Below are positions 1-9,910 of a DNA stretch of 64,000 bases, piece after piece. The stretch is taken from NCBI GenBank assembly GCA_964384105.1, contig CAYLJV010000001.1:512001-576000 (forward strand), written 5' to 3'. Numbering within the stretch: the stretch's first letter is position 1; the number at the start of each line of letters is the position of its first letter. This DNA comes from Candidatus Hadarchaeota archaeon. GTDB taxonomy: Archaea; Hadarchaeota; Hadarchaeia; Hadarchaeales; JAGGTB01. The translations under genes were made by a program, and so were the position numbers. Under the pieces are notes generated by a model. It saw only the letters and a list, made by a program, of their open reading frames with translations, was not told the origin of the DNA and did not search any database.

Positions 1-976
1 CTGGACTCAAACTTGCTACCACTCCAAAGGCATTTAGAACTTCTACTGTATCGGGGAATGGATAAAAAGCGCTGGAAATGGCCACGCTACCTTCGGTCCT
101 CCCCTTCATTTCTAGCCCTATGAATTCAGCTAGTTTATCTAGTTCAGAGTTTTTACAGGTTCTGTCTATATCTTTTAGTTTTTCGTATGGTTTGTTAGCG
201 CGGTACGCACTGATGAATCCTGCATCTACTCTATTTTGTTGTCCTGCTCCGATTCCGATGGTGGCTTTGTCTTTAACTAGAAGTACAGTGTTGGATTTAG
301 TCCGTCTGTTTATTTTCCAACCGAATAACATATCTTCTATTTGGCTCTCAGTTGGTTTTTTTATTTCTTTATCCTCTAGGAATATTAGATCCTCTGGATT
401 TATCTCAGTGTAATCAAATTCTTGAACTAGGAATCCTCCATATATTGGTCTCATATCGAATCCAGGATCCTTCGGCATTTTAGTTTCAATTTTTAGAATC
501 CGGAGATTCTCTTTTTTTCTGAGGATTTCTAGTGCGCTATCTTCATATTCGGGGGCTATTATAGCTTCTAGAAACTTTTTATCTATAGCATATTCGGCGA
601 CTTCTTTGGTAACTGGTCTATTTACTCCTGCGATACCACCGAAGGCACTTAGCGGATCACAGTTCCAAGCTCCTTTGTAGGCCTCCAGAATTTCTTTGTT
701 CTGACAGGCACCTGAGGGGTTGAGATGCTTGAAAACTGTTGCGAAAGGCTTCTCAAATTGCCAGAGCATTTTAAGAACTGCGTCTGCATCTAACCAGTTA
801 TTGAAAGACATCTGTTTTCCATGAAGTTTTTCAGCTTGAGTGATTGGAAAAATCTTGTAAGGTTCGCCGTCTTCTTTTAGAGTTTCGTATATAGCTCCAT
901 CTTGCTGTGGATTTTCTCCGTATCTTGTTTTGGCAATCTTCTTAAGTACTAATCTTATTTCTTCTGGAAATTTCAA
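1..976 (-). CDS. purH: AICAR transformylase half of a split PurH; runs off the window's left edge
   Basis: Not in the ORF track. Translated by hand from TTG at 976: MKFPEEIRLVLKKIAKTRYGENPQQDGAIY, then LHGKQMSFNNWLDAD, FKHLNPSGAC, CDPLSAFGG, all PurH C-terminal motifs. Confidence 0.9.
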   Translation of the reverse strand, partial: MKFPEEIRLVLKKIAKTRYGENPQQDGAIYETLKEDGEPYKIFPITQAEKLHGKQMSFNNWLDADAVLKMLWQFEKPFATVFKHLNPSGACQNKEILEAYKGAWNCDPLSAFGGIAGVNRPVTKEVAEYAIDKKFLEAIIAPEYEDSALEILRKKENLRILKIETKMPKDPGFDMRPIYGGFLVQEFDYTEINPEDLIFLEDKEIKKPTESQIEDMLFGWKINRRTKSNTVLLVKDKATIGIGAGQQNRVDAGFISAYRANKPYEKLKDIDRTCKNSELDKLAEFIGLEMKGRTEGSVAISSAFYPFPDTVEVLNAFGVVASLSP

Positions 977-978
977 TT

Positions 979-1593
979 TTAACTCCCTTCTACTAATTTT
1001 TTAGTCCAGTCTCTTATTTTTTCATCGTATTCACAAGTGTGATTGAATGCCTTGTAGACTAGAGAAATTATTGTGTCTTTGCTTAATGAGTTATTTTCAG
1101 ATAATTCTCTTAGTATTTTGTCGTAATCAGCGGGCTCGATAATTGGTACTACGTTCCCATGTCTTAGTGCCCCCTTTGCTGCCGATCTTATCAAAGTGGG
1201 TCCTCCAATGTCTATGTTTTCTACTAATTCCTCGTTAGTAGCTTTTCTTTTGAGGGTCTCTTCAAAAGGATAAAGATTTACTACGACTAGTTGAATAGGG
1301 ACAATTTCATTCTTTTCGAGATATTTCTTCTCAGGACCTCTTTTGGCATCTAGAAGTATTCCTCCGTGAACTTTTGGATGAAGAGTTTTTACTAACCCAC
1401 CGGGAGCCTCAGGGAACCCCGTGTATTTTGAAACATCCGTGACCTCAAATCCGCATTCTCTAATTTTTTTCGCAGTTCCCCCACTCGAGAATATTGTTAT
1501 ACCTGGGTTTATTTGGCGTAATCCTTCTACTAGTTTTTTAAGATTTTTTTTATTTGAAACACTTATGAGTGCTGATTTAATTCCTTTGTCCAT
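979..1593 (-). CDS. purH: IMP cyclohydrolase (MGS-like) half of a split PurH
   Basis: ALISVSNK, SSGGTA, TGFPE..GGLVKTLHPKVHGGIL, VNLYPF, ENIDIGGPTLIRSAAK. ATG at 1593 preferred over 1620. Confidence 0.9.
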   Translation of the reverse strand: MDKGIKSALISVSNKKNLKKLVEGLRQINPGITIFSSGGTAKKIRECGFEVTDVSKYTGFPEAPGGLVKTLHPKVHGGILLDAKRGPEKKYLEKNEIVPIQLVVVNLYPFEETLKRKATNEELVENIDIGGPTLIRSAAKGALRHGNVVPIIEPADYDKILRELSENNSLSKDTIISLVYKAFNHTCEYDEKIRDWTKKLVEGS

Positions 1594-1804
1594 AACTACC
1601 CCAATTGATGATATTATCAAGTAATTTAAATTTGCTTAATGAACCGAATATAGAATTTCAGATCGGGACTAATTTTTCTATTCAAATTACGAGAAGCACT
1701 CATTTAATTAATAGTATAGCCTTCAGCTTAATCCTAATTATGTTTCATCTACGATACAAAGTTAATAATTTAAGAATTACAAGAAAGTTTCTGGGCACAA
1801 GAAT

Positions 1805-3181
1805 ATGAATAGAAATTTCCATGTTGTTGTTCTGATTGTCTTGATATTGGCGGTTGTGGCCGGTTCTTATCTAGTTTTGATAAGGCCAAATGGCTCAGGA
1901 AATCATTCGGAAAATAATTTCTTCTCCTTTGAGGAAGAGATGGAAGGATGGGTTAAAAACGGGACCGATTTGGATAACCCACCCGTTGAATGGTCTGTTG
2001 GCCGCTCCGAAAATTTAGCTACTCATGGAGATTATTCTCTAAGGTATTATCTTTCGAATGTTAATGATGCTGGAAAAATATGGATAGAACGGCCATTTCA
2101 AGTAGAGCCGAATACGAGTTACAAAGTTAATGTTTCCTACGATTTTGCTAGTGCTGATTATGGCGACATTAACTTGTGGAAGATTATCACAGGAGTTCAC
2201 AAAACGACTCCTCGAGATAGTGGAGAGCTAATTTTCCAGGGGGATACTGGTAATGGAGCTTCTTCGGACGTGGGATATAAGTGGATGGATAAAAGTTATG
2301 AATTTACCATAAATTCGGATTCCAACGGCGAAATTTACCTTGTAATTGGGGTATGGGGAACTTGGGAAACTGGTCGATTTTACTATTTGGACAATCTTAA
2401 TGTAAACATCGAAGAAATCGGCCAAAGTGGTGTGGTGACAGAAGATAAAAGTAAATTAATAGCAAAGAATTTCGTAAAAAATTCTCCTACCTACAAATTC
2501 GATGGTTCCGATTTGGAATATATTGAGACACTTTATCCTGACACTGTTGATTGTCCCTACTGTTGGACATTTGTTTTCGAGTTCACGTCCGGTGCCGCAG
2601 GTTATGGGGACCGAAGTGACGAGTCTGTGAACCCAGTAATAACTCCTCACGAGGCTCATGTTACTGTTGAAAATGGAGAAGTTACCAATGCTATTTTGGA
2701 TTTGAAATGGGATATGATAAATCAGAAATTTTTGGATAATGAAGTTTCTTATGGGGTATATGTTTTTGATCATAGTGGAGTTGGAGGATCAATAATAGAA
2801 AATGGATTAGAATATGATCCTGAAAATGTAGGTAGACAGAATTTTATAGATATTGTGAATTCCAAAGAAGAATCTAAGAAATTTGATTATTCACTTATCG
2901 ATAACAGAGTGGTCTCTTTTATTGATTCAACTAATTTTGATAAATCCTGTTTATTGGTTTTTCAAGAGTTCCCTGCTTCGACAGAACCGGATTACGAAAT
3001 AAAAAGTATCCAGAAATATAGCGGAAATTTGAAAGTATATGTTGGCCATTCCAGTCAGACGGGAACAGACGACATAACGATTGAGACAATGTTGATTAGA
3101 TTGCCTAATTGGATAAGTTCTGAATTTGAAACAATCGCTATAATTTCTGAGGATAATAACGTGACATCACTAGTGGTCTAA
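1805..3181 (+). CDS. Membrane-anchored or secreted multidomain surface protein of unknown function
   Basis: N-terminal hydrophobic helix, then aromatic beta-rich domains with several N-x-S/T sequons. Confidence 0.7.
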   Translation: MNRNFHVVVLIVLILAVVAGSYLVLIRPNGSGNHSENNFFSFEEEMEGWVKNGTDLDNPPVEWSVGRSENLATHGDYSLRYYLSNVNDAGKIWIERPFQVEPNTSYKVNVSYDFASADYGDINLWKIITGVHKTTPRDSGELIFQGDTGNGASSDVGYKWMDKSYEFTINSDSNGEIYLVIGVWGTWETGRFYYLDNLNVNIEEIGQSGVVTEDKSKLIAKNFVKNSPTYKFDGSDLEYIETLYPDTVDCPYCWTFVFEFTSGAAGYGDRSDESVNPVITPHEAHVTVENGEVTNAILDLKWDMINQKFLDNEVSYGVYVFDHSGVGGSIIENGLEYDPENVGRQNFIDIVNSKEESKKFDYSLIDNRVVSFIDSTNFDKSCLLVFQEFPASTEPDYEIKSIQKYSGNLKVYVGHSSQTGTDDITIETMLIRLPNWISSEFETIAIISEDNNVTSLVV

Positions 3182-3259
3182 TTTTTTCTAGTTGTTTTAT
3201 TGCCAAAGAGTTAGTTATTTGATACAAGGAATGGAAAAGAAATTGTTGGTGTTACTAGA

Positions 3260-3577
3260 GTGAGTAAATATTACTTAGTCTTATCAACCATTGATGATTT
3301 ATCGGAAGCGAAGGAAATAGCAAGAAAACTGATTGAAGATCAATTAGTAGCTTGCGTGAACGTTATTCCCGATATAGCTTCGATTTACCGTTGGGAAGGT
3401 AAGATAGAGGAGTCGGAGGAAGTGCTAATTTTAATTAAAACGGTGAAATATCGATTAGACGAATTAATTTCAAAGGTAAAAGATTTGCATAGCTATGACG
3501 TACCTGAGATTATCGCGATTTCAATCGAAGAAGGATCAATGAATTATTTGAAATGGTTGTCCAAGAATGTAAAATAA
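3260..3577 (+). CDS. cutA: Divalent-cation tolerance protein CutA
   Basis: LVACVN, SIYRWEGKIEE, HSYDVPEII. Confidence 0.93.
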   Translation: MSKYYLVLSTIDDLSEAKEIARKLIEDQLVACVNVIPDIASIYRWEGKIEESEEVLILIKTVKYRLDELISKVKDLHSYDVPEIIAISIEEGSMNYLKWLSKNVK

Positions 3578-3601
3578 ATTGGAAATCGATTTTTTGGCGT
3601 C

Positions 3602-4855
3602 TTAGGTACAGGTTTTCCAAGATTTGAGATATTCTATCTGTTCTTTAGTTGGTTCTTCTAATTCTGAGCCCATTGCTTCCAGTTTTAGTTTGGCGACCTC
3701 ATGGTCTATTTTGGAGGGTACTTCGTAAACTCCTACCTCAAGGTCTTCATTTAATACGTATTCAGCTGTTAGAGCCTGTAGAGCAAAACTCATGTCCATT
3801 ATTTCTGCAGGGTGTCCCAATGATTTTTCTCCGGCTAGATTTACTAATCTTCCCTCTGCTAGAACGTGTAACCTTCTTCCATCCTCCAATTTGTATTCCT
3901 GTATATCCTCTAAAATTTCTCTTTCTTCAACCGACATATCTTTCAATTCCTCTAGATCTATTTCTACATTGAAATGCCCAGAGTTGCACAGTATGGCGCC
4001 GTCTTTCATTTTTCTAAAATGTTCTTTTCTGATTACCTTCAGATTACCGGTTGCTGTTACAAATATATCACCATATTTCGCTGCTTTTTTCATACTAGTT
4101 ACCTCGTATCCTCTCATGGAGGCTTCTAAGGCTTTTATTGGGTCTGTTTCAACCACGGTTACTTTTGCCCCTATGCCTTTTGCTCTTAATGCTATCCCTT
4201 TCCCTACAAATCCATAACCTATTACCACCACGTGTTTTCCAGCAATCATCGAATTTGTAATACTCATAATCGCATTGATTGTGGATTCTCCCGTACCAAA
4301 TCTGTTGTCGAATAGTTTTTTTGCAGGTGTGTCGTTAACTGCTAATACAGGTATTTTTAGGTCTCCCTGTTCTTTCATCGCTAAAAGTCTATTAACTCCT
4401 GTCGTTGTTTCTTCGGCACCACCTCTAACTTCCGAAATAAAGTCATAGTCTTTGGAGTGCAGAGCTGATATTAAATCCGCTCCATCATCTATGATGATAG
4501 TTGGTTTTTCTTCTAAAACTCGCTCAATATTTCGGTTGTACTCTTCTTCAGTTTCCCCTCTCCATGCGAAGATATTGATATCTTCTTTTGCGAGGCTGGC
4601 GGCCACTTCATCTTTTGTTGATAGTGGATTGGAACCGGTAACGACGAGAGTTGCACCACCTATTTTTAGGGTTTTGAGTAATGCGGCTGTTTTTGCTTCG
4701 ATATGCAGAGAAACTCCAATGGTGGTGTTTTTAAAAGGTTTTTCTTCAGAGAATCTTTCTCTTATACTCATAAGGACGGGCATATGTTGCTCTACCCATT
4801 TTATGGATCGATCTCCATTGGGAGCTAATTCAATATTTTTTATTTTATATTGCAT
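3602..4855 (-). CDS. ahcY: S-adenosylhomocysteine/S-inosylhomocysteine hydrolase
   Basis: SNPLST, DDGADL, EETTTGV, KKLFDNRFGTG, GYGFVGKG, GRLVNL..GHP. Confidence 0.95.
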   Translation of the reverse strand: MQYKIKNIELAPNGDRSIKWVEQHMPVLMSIRERFSEEKPFKNTTIGVSLHIEAKTAALLKTLKIGGATLVVTGSNPLSTKDEVAASLAKEDINIFAWRGETEEEYNRNIERVLEEKPTIIIDDGADLISALHSKDYDFISEVRGGAEETTTGVNRLLAMKEQGDLKIPVLAVNDTPAKKLFDNRFGTGESTINAIMSITNSMIAGKHVVVIGYGFVGKGIALRAKGIGAKVTVVETDPIKALEASMRGYEVTSMKKAAKYGDIFVTATGNLKVIRKEHFRKMKDGAILCNSGHFNVEIDLEELKDMSVEEREILEDIQEYKLEDGRRLHVLAEGRLVNLAGEKSLGHPAEIMDMSFALQALTAEYVLNEDLEVGVYEVPSKIDHEVAKLKLEAMGSELEEPTKEQIEYLKSWKTCT

Positions 4856-6171
4856 TATCTGGCCCTTTTCTTTAGTTCTTCTGAAGCCTTTTGAGCTTTC
4901 TTTAAAAATTTCTTTTCATTCAGAGTCAGAACTTTCCTATTTTCCATAATCATCTTTCCATCTACGATTACGCTTTCTACGTCGGCTCCATTACTACTAT
5001 AAACTACATGCGATTCTACGTCATTGAAAGGAGTAAGATGAGGTTTTTGGAAGTCTAATAAGATGATATCAGCTTTTTTCCCGACTTCCAGAGATCCTAT
5101 TTCATTTTCCCGTCCTAGGGCTTTGGCTCCGTTAATAGTGGCCATTTCCAAAGCGTTCCTAGCGGGGACTGCGGTGGGGTCTTTTTTGCTAACTTTGCTC
5201 AATAGAGCTGCAAATTTCATTTCCTTGATCATGTCTAGTGTGTTATTGGATGCGGCACCATCGGTACCAAGAGCAACTGGAATACCTTTTGAAAGTAATT
5301 CAGGTATAGGAGCGATTCCAGATCCCAGTTTCATATTGCTTACTGGGTTATGTACTGGTTTTACACCATTTTCGTGAATTAGTTGGATTTCATTTTCTTG
5401 TAAATATGTACAATGTGCGGCAAGTAAGTCGGGTCCTAGAACGCCAGTTGATTTCAGAAGCTCTATGGGTCTTTTTCCTTGAGATTCAAGCACAGCTTCT
5501 ATTTCTTTTTCATTCTCTGCGAGATGTGTGTGTATTCCAACTTCGTATTTCTCTGCTAGTCTTCTCACTTCTTTTAGACATTTAGGAGAACAGGTATATG
5601 TGGAGTGGGGGCCAAACATTGTTTTAATTCTTCCCTTCGCTCTACCTTCATATTTCTTTACTAATTCTTCTCCTATTTTTAGTTCGTTTTTTCTTTTTTC
5701 GGAGTCGTTATTTTCTATTATTCCGTAAGACAAGGTGGCACGAAGCCCCGATTCTTCAACTGCCTGTGCTACTTTGTTCATGAAGAAATATTGATCTGAA
5801 AAGCACGTAGTTCCAGACTTTATCATTTCCAGACACCCAAGAACTGCTCCGGTGTGGGTGGTTTGCTCGTCTAGTTGACTTTCTAAAGGCCAAATTTTTT
5901 CCTGGAGCCAGGTTTGAAGATCCAAGTCGTCGGCTATTCCCCGGAATAGTACCATCGATAGGTGAGTATGGGCATTTATCAATCCAGGAAGTACGACTTT
6001 TCCTTTTGCATTTATTACTTTGTCTGCTGTTTTATCCAAATTTTTTCCTATCTCTACAATTTTATTCTCTTCTATTACCAAGTCTCCCCTTTCGATAATC
6101 TCCCTACCTTCGTTCATCGTTATGATATGACCATTTTTTATCAGAATACTGGACATTTTCCGGATCCTCAT
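4855..6171 (-). CDS. mtaD: 5'-methylthioadenosine/SAH/5'-deoxyadenosine deaminase (amidohydrolase)
   Basis: PGLINAHTH, HTHLAE, HNPVSNMKLGSG, LGTDGAASNN. Overlaps the ahcY start by 1 nt. Confidence 0.85.
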   Translation of the reverse strand: MRIRKMSSILIKNGHIITMNEGREIIERGDLVIEENKIVEIGKNLDKTADKVINAKGKVVLPGLINAHTHLSMVLFRGIADDLDLQTWLQEKIWPLESQLDEQTTHTGAVLGCLEMIKSGTTCFSDQYFFMNKVAQAVEESGLRATLSYGIIENNDSEKRKNELKIGEELVKKYEGRAKGRIKTMFGPHSTYTCSPKCLKEVRRLAEKYEVGIHTHLAENEKEIEAVLESQGKRPIELLKSTGVLGPDLLAAHCTYLQENEIQLIHENGVKPVHNPVSNMKLGSGIAPIPELLSKGIPVALGTDGAASNNTLDMIKEMKFAALLSKVSKKDPTAVPARNALEMATINGAKALGRENEIGSLEVGKKADIILLDFQKPHLTPFNDVESHVVYSSNGADVESVIVDGKMIMENRKVLTLNEKKFLKKAQKASEELKKRAR

Positions 6172-6254
6172 CTTTTATTAATAACTAGACAACTAACAAG
6201 TATTACTTTCTTTTTTTAAATATGGTTGAAAATAAAGGTTATAGGAAGATAAAA

Positions 6255-8063
6255 ATGAAGAATAAGTTCTACGTTACTACTCCAATATACTATATCAATG
6301 CTGTTCCACATATCGGTCATGCTTATTCGACCATAGCTGCAGATATTCTAGCAAGATGGCATCGACTTACCGGTGATGATGTTTTCTTTTTAACGGGTCT
6401 CGATGAAAATTCTGCCAAAACTGTTGAAGCTGCAAAGGATAGAGGATACGACGATATTCAGGAATATGCCGATTCGATAGCAGATGACTGGTTAGAAGTT
6501 TGGGATGCTTTGAATATCAGCAATGACGATTTTATAAGAACTACAGAGGAACGCCATAGAGAAAACGTGAGAGAATTCATCAATAAACTTCACGACCAAG
6601 GAGATATCTACAAAGATACTTACAAAGGCCTCTATTGTGAAGGTTGTGAGGGGTATTTATCTGAGAACGATCTTGTTGAGGGGAAGTGTCCGTTTCACGA
6701 AAAAGAACCGGTGCAGCTTGAAGAGGAAAATTACTTTTTTAGACTTTCTAAATATGAGGATGAGATCTACGAACATATAAAAAAGAATCCAGATTTTATC
6801 AAACCTAGAGGTAGAAGAAACGAAGTAATTTCTCTTTTGGAAGACGGTCTTGAGGATGTTAGTATCTCTAGACCACATCTTGAGTGGGGTATAAGCGTCC
6901 CTTGGGAAGAAGATCAAACTGTTTGGGTCTGGTTTGACGCTTTGATAAATTATATGGTGCCTGAAGATTATTGGCCGGCTGATTTGCATATCATTGCGAA
7001 GGATATACTTAGATTTCATTGTATTATATGGCCGGGTATACTACTTGCCGCCGGATACGAATTACCCAAAAGAATCTATTCTCACGGTTTCTTGACAGTT
7101 GAGGGAAAGAAGATCAGTAAGTCATTGGGTAATGTAATTGACCCTGTTTACTTATCCAAAAAATATTCTCCTGATGCGCTAAGATATTATTTAATGAGGG
7201 AGAAGACTCTCGGTCAGGATGGTAATTTCTCAGAAAAAGATCTTGTTACGAAATTCAATTCAGAATTAGCTGACGCATTTGGTAATTTTGTACATAGGGT
7301 ATTAACTTTCACATATCAGAACTTTGATGGCAAGATTCCGGAGGGTGAGGAGAATAAGGAGTTTTCTTCCGAGATTCGGAGCAAAGTCGATCAAATAGGA
7401 GAATATATGGAAGAAGTGAAGATCAACCAGGCTTTAGGATTGATTAATTCTCTGGTTAGACGTGGAAATGAGTATTTTCAAGAGTGTGCGCCGTGGAATT
7501 CTAGTGAAGAGGGGGCTTCTAATTGTTTATATAATTGTGTAAATTTGGTTGATACTCTAGCGATCTTGCTTTATCCATTTATACCTGAATCCTCGGAAAA
7601 ATTAGCGCAAATGCTGGATGTTGATTTGATGGATTTCAATTCTCTGAAGAATTTCAGAATTGATTCAGGGCATGTAGTTCAGAAACCGAAGATTCTTTTC
7701 GATAAGGTTGATATAAAGGAGGAAGAGGAGGTGAAAGAGGAGATGATTTCCTATAAAGATTTTCAAAAACTCGATATTCGAATTGGCGAGATCAAGAAAG
7801 TCGAGAATATAGAAGGGGCGGATAATCTGTATAAACTTCAAATCGATGTAGGTGGTAAGACCAAACAGAGTGTTGCGGGTATGAAGGGATATTATCCACC
7901 TGATGAGCTAGAGGGTAGAAAGATTCCTGTGTTAGTTAATCTTGAATCTTCTGAATTGATGGGTGTGAAAAGCGAGTGTATGATACTTGCGGCAGTGGAG
8001 GACGAAGAACCCGTTTTATTGAGGACGGATCGTGAAGTAGAAGTTGGCACTAAGATAGAATGA
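6255..8063 (+). CDS. metG: Methionine--tRNA ligase with C-terminal Trbp111-like tRNA-binding domain
   Basis: TTPIYY..PHIGH, CEGC/CPFH knuckle, WVWFDALINY, KDILRFH, KISKS. Confidence 0.95.
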   Translation: MKNKFYVTTPIYYINAVPHIGHAYSTIAADILARWHRLTGDDVFFLTGLDENSAKTVEAAKDRGYDDIQEYADSIADDWLEVWDALNISNDDFIRTTEERHRENVREFINKLHDQGDIYKDTYKGLYCEGCEGYLSENDLVEGKCPFHEKEPVQLEEENYFFRLSKYEDEIYEHIKKNPDFIKPRGRRNEVISLLEDGLEDVSISRPHLEWGISVPWEEDQTVWVWFDALINYMVPEDYWPADLHIIAKDILRFHCIIWPGILLAAGYELPKRIYSHGFLTVEGKKISKSLGNVIDPVYLSKKYSPDALRYYLMREKTLGQDGNFSEKDLVTKFNSELADAFGNFVHRVLTFTYQNFDGKIPEGEENKEFSSEIRSKVDQIGEYMEEVKINQALGLINSLVRRGNEYFQECAPWNSSEEGASNCLYNCVNLVDTLAILLYPFIPESSEKLAQMLDVDLMDFNSLKNFRIDSGHVVQKPKILFDKVDIKEEEEVKEEMISYKDFQKLDIRIGEIKKVENIEGADNLYKLQIDVGGKTKQSVAGMKGYYPPDELEGRKIPVLVNLESSELMGVKSECMILAAVEDEEPVLLRTDREVEVGTKIE

Positions 8064-8120
8064 GATTGGGTACGCCAAGTTCTGAGAGCATTTATTTTTA
8101 ACTTTCTTTCCCTATTTTTT

Positions 8121-8777
8121 GTGGTGAAGTATTTGCATACTTTTGATTTACATGTTCATACGGAAAATTCGGGAGATTCTCCCTGTAGTGTTAGTGACGC
8201 TATAGAAGCGGCAAAGAAAAGGGGATTGAGTGGAATAGCAATCACTGATCACAATTCTGTTTCTGGATTAGAAGAAGCTGCTAAGTTAGTCAAGGGTGAG
8301 GACTTTCTCATTATCCCAGGAATTGAGGTTTCTAGTAAAGATGGGCATATTTTGGGACTTGGAATCGATGAAGTCGTTCCCAGAGACCTACCTGCATCGG
8401 AGGTAGTTGAAAGAATCCGAGGTCTGGGGGGGATAGCAGTTTCTGCGCATCCTTTTGGTCTAGGTCCAAAGCCTTTCTCCTTATTAAAAGCCGATTTTGA
8501 TGCAGTAGAGGTTTTTAACCCTAGAAGGATACTTGGGAATTTTTTAGCGAGCAATTATGCTTCCAAACATGAAATAGCTGTAACTGGTGGATCGGATTCT
8601 CATTTTCGAGAAGAGGTGGGCTTAGCAGGGATTAAATTAGATTGTAAATTAGAGGTAGAAGATATTTTAAAGAAGATAAAACAGGGAAGAGCATCCGTTT
8701 TTGGCCAGCTTCTTCCTCTTTCAGGATATATCCGGAGGCTTCTCTTCAGATTTCCTCTTACAGATAACCAATATTGA
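8121..8777 (+). CDS. PHP-domain metal-dependent phosphoesterase
   Basis: DLHVHT, AITDHN, PGIEVS, AHPF, GGSDSH. Confidence 0.85.
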   Translation: MVKYLHTFDLHVHTENSGDSPCSVSDAIEAAKKRGLSGIAITDHNSVSGLEEAAKLVKGEDFLIIPGIEVSSKDGHILGLGIDEVVPRDLPASEVVERIRGLGGIAVSAHPFGLGPKPFSLLKADFDAVEVFNPRRILGNFLASNYASKHEIAVTGGSDSHFREEVGLAGIKLDCKLEVEDILKKIKQGRASVFGQLLPLSGYIRRLLFRFPLTDNQY

Positions 8778-9858
8778 GGTTGATGGGGGCCTCAGCTCTT
8801 TTCGAGCTGGACCCCCTGGAGGAGTTCACCCCTTTGTCGGAGGCTGGACCGAGGAGGTGAGGTGAACTTGCCCCGCTTATTAGTAGGATTGTTTGGAGAG
8901 TTTCTCCAAGATTTCGGTTTATACGTGCCCCAAGAATATTTTGGGTATTAGGATTTACATATTCTTGAACTATTTCTCCTATTCTATTCGCTTCAGCAAT
9001 ACTGACATTTGATCCTGATACGTGCATTATCACACCTTTTGCTGTTGAGTAGTCGATATCTCCCAAGAGAGGACACTCTAGGGCTTGAAGTACTGATTTT
9101 TCAGCTCTATTTTCACCTTTTGCTTCACCAGTTCCTACGAGCATTATACTTCCCTCTTCCATGATGGCTCTTACGTCGGCAAAGTCCAGATTTATCAGAC
9201 TTGGGGCCATTATCGTTTCTGCTATTCCTTTCACCATTTGGGATAATACCTCATCCGCCATGGTGAATGCGTACCTCATTGGAAGGCCGGAAGCCATGTC
9301 TGAAAGGCGATTATTATCTATAACTATGACAGAATCCGCATATTTTCTGAGTTTTTCTAATCCATTTTCAGCCGTTTCTGTTTTCTTTTCTACTTTGAAT
9401 GGCATTGTTACTACTCCCGTTACCACTGCACCTTCTTCTTTTGCTATCTTTGCCAGTATAGGTGCGCCACCTGTGCCTGTTCCTCCACCTAGACCACAGG
9501 CTAAGAATACTAAATCTTGTCCTTTGAATAGATCTCTGAGCTCTTCTTCTGCATTTTCAGTAGCTCTTTCGCCAATTTCAGGGAATCCACCGGTTCCTCT
9601 TCCTTGAGTTATCTCCTGCCCTATTGCTATTTTTTTGTTTGTTTTCACATGCTTCAGATGTGTCTGGTCTGTATTTATCGCGACCATCTCCACTTCAGGT
9701 ATTCCTTTTGCCGATAGTCGGTCTACAGTGTTATTTCCTCCTCCCCCTATTCCTGCTACCAATATTTTCGGTTTGTGGGAATGAAGTTCATTTTCAGTTA
9801 TGGAAGTGTGAGAAGCTTGATTGGTTCCTTGCATGACAGCTTGAAGCGGGCTTTTCAT
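8758..9858 (-). CDS. ftsZ: Cell division protein FtsZ (FtsZ2-like)
   Basis: GIGGGGNN, AINTD, GLGGGTGTGG, T7 loop PSLINLDFADV. Confidence 0.93.
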   Translation of the reverse strand: MKSPLQAVMQGTNQASHTSITENELHSHKPKILVAGIGGGGNNTVDRLSAKGIPEVEMVAINTDQTHLKHVKTNKKIAIGQEITQGRGTGGFPEIGERATENAEEELRDLFKGQDLVFLACGLGGGTGTGGAPILAKIAKEEGAVVTGVVTMPFKVEKKTETAENGLEKLRKYADSVIVIDNNRLSDMASGLPMRYAFTMADEVLSQMVKGIAETIMAPSLINLDFADVRAIMEEGSIMLVGTGEAKGENRAEKSVLQALECPLLGDIDYSTAKGVIMHVSGSNVSIAEANRIGEIVQEYVNPNTQNILGARINRNLGETLQTILLISGASSPHLLGPASDKGVNSSRGSSSKRAEAPINLNIGYL

Positions 9859-9910
9859 TTTGACCCTCCAACTATTCTAATTCTAGAAATATTACTCACT
9901 TATTTTCCCC

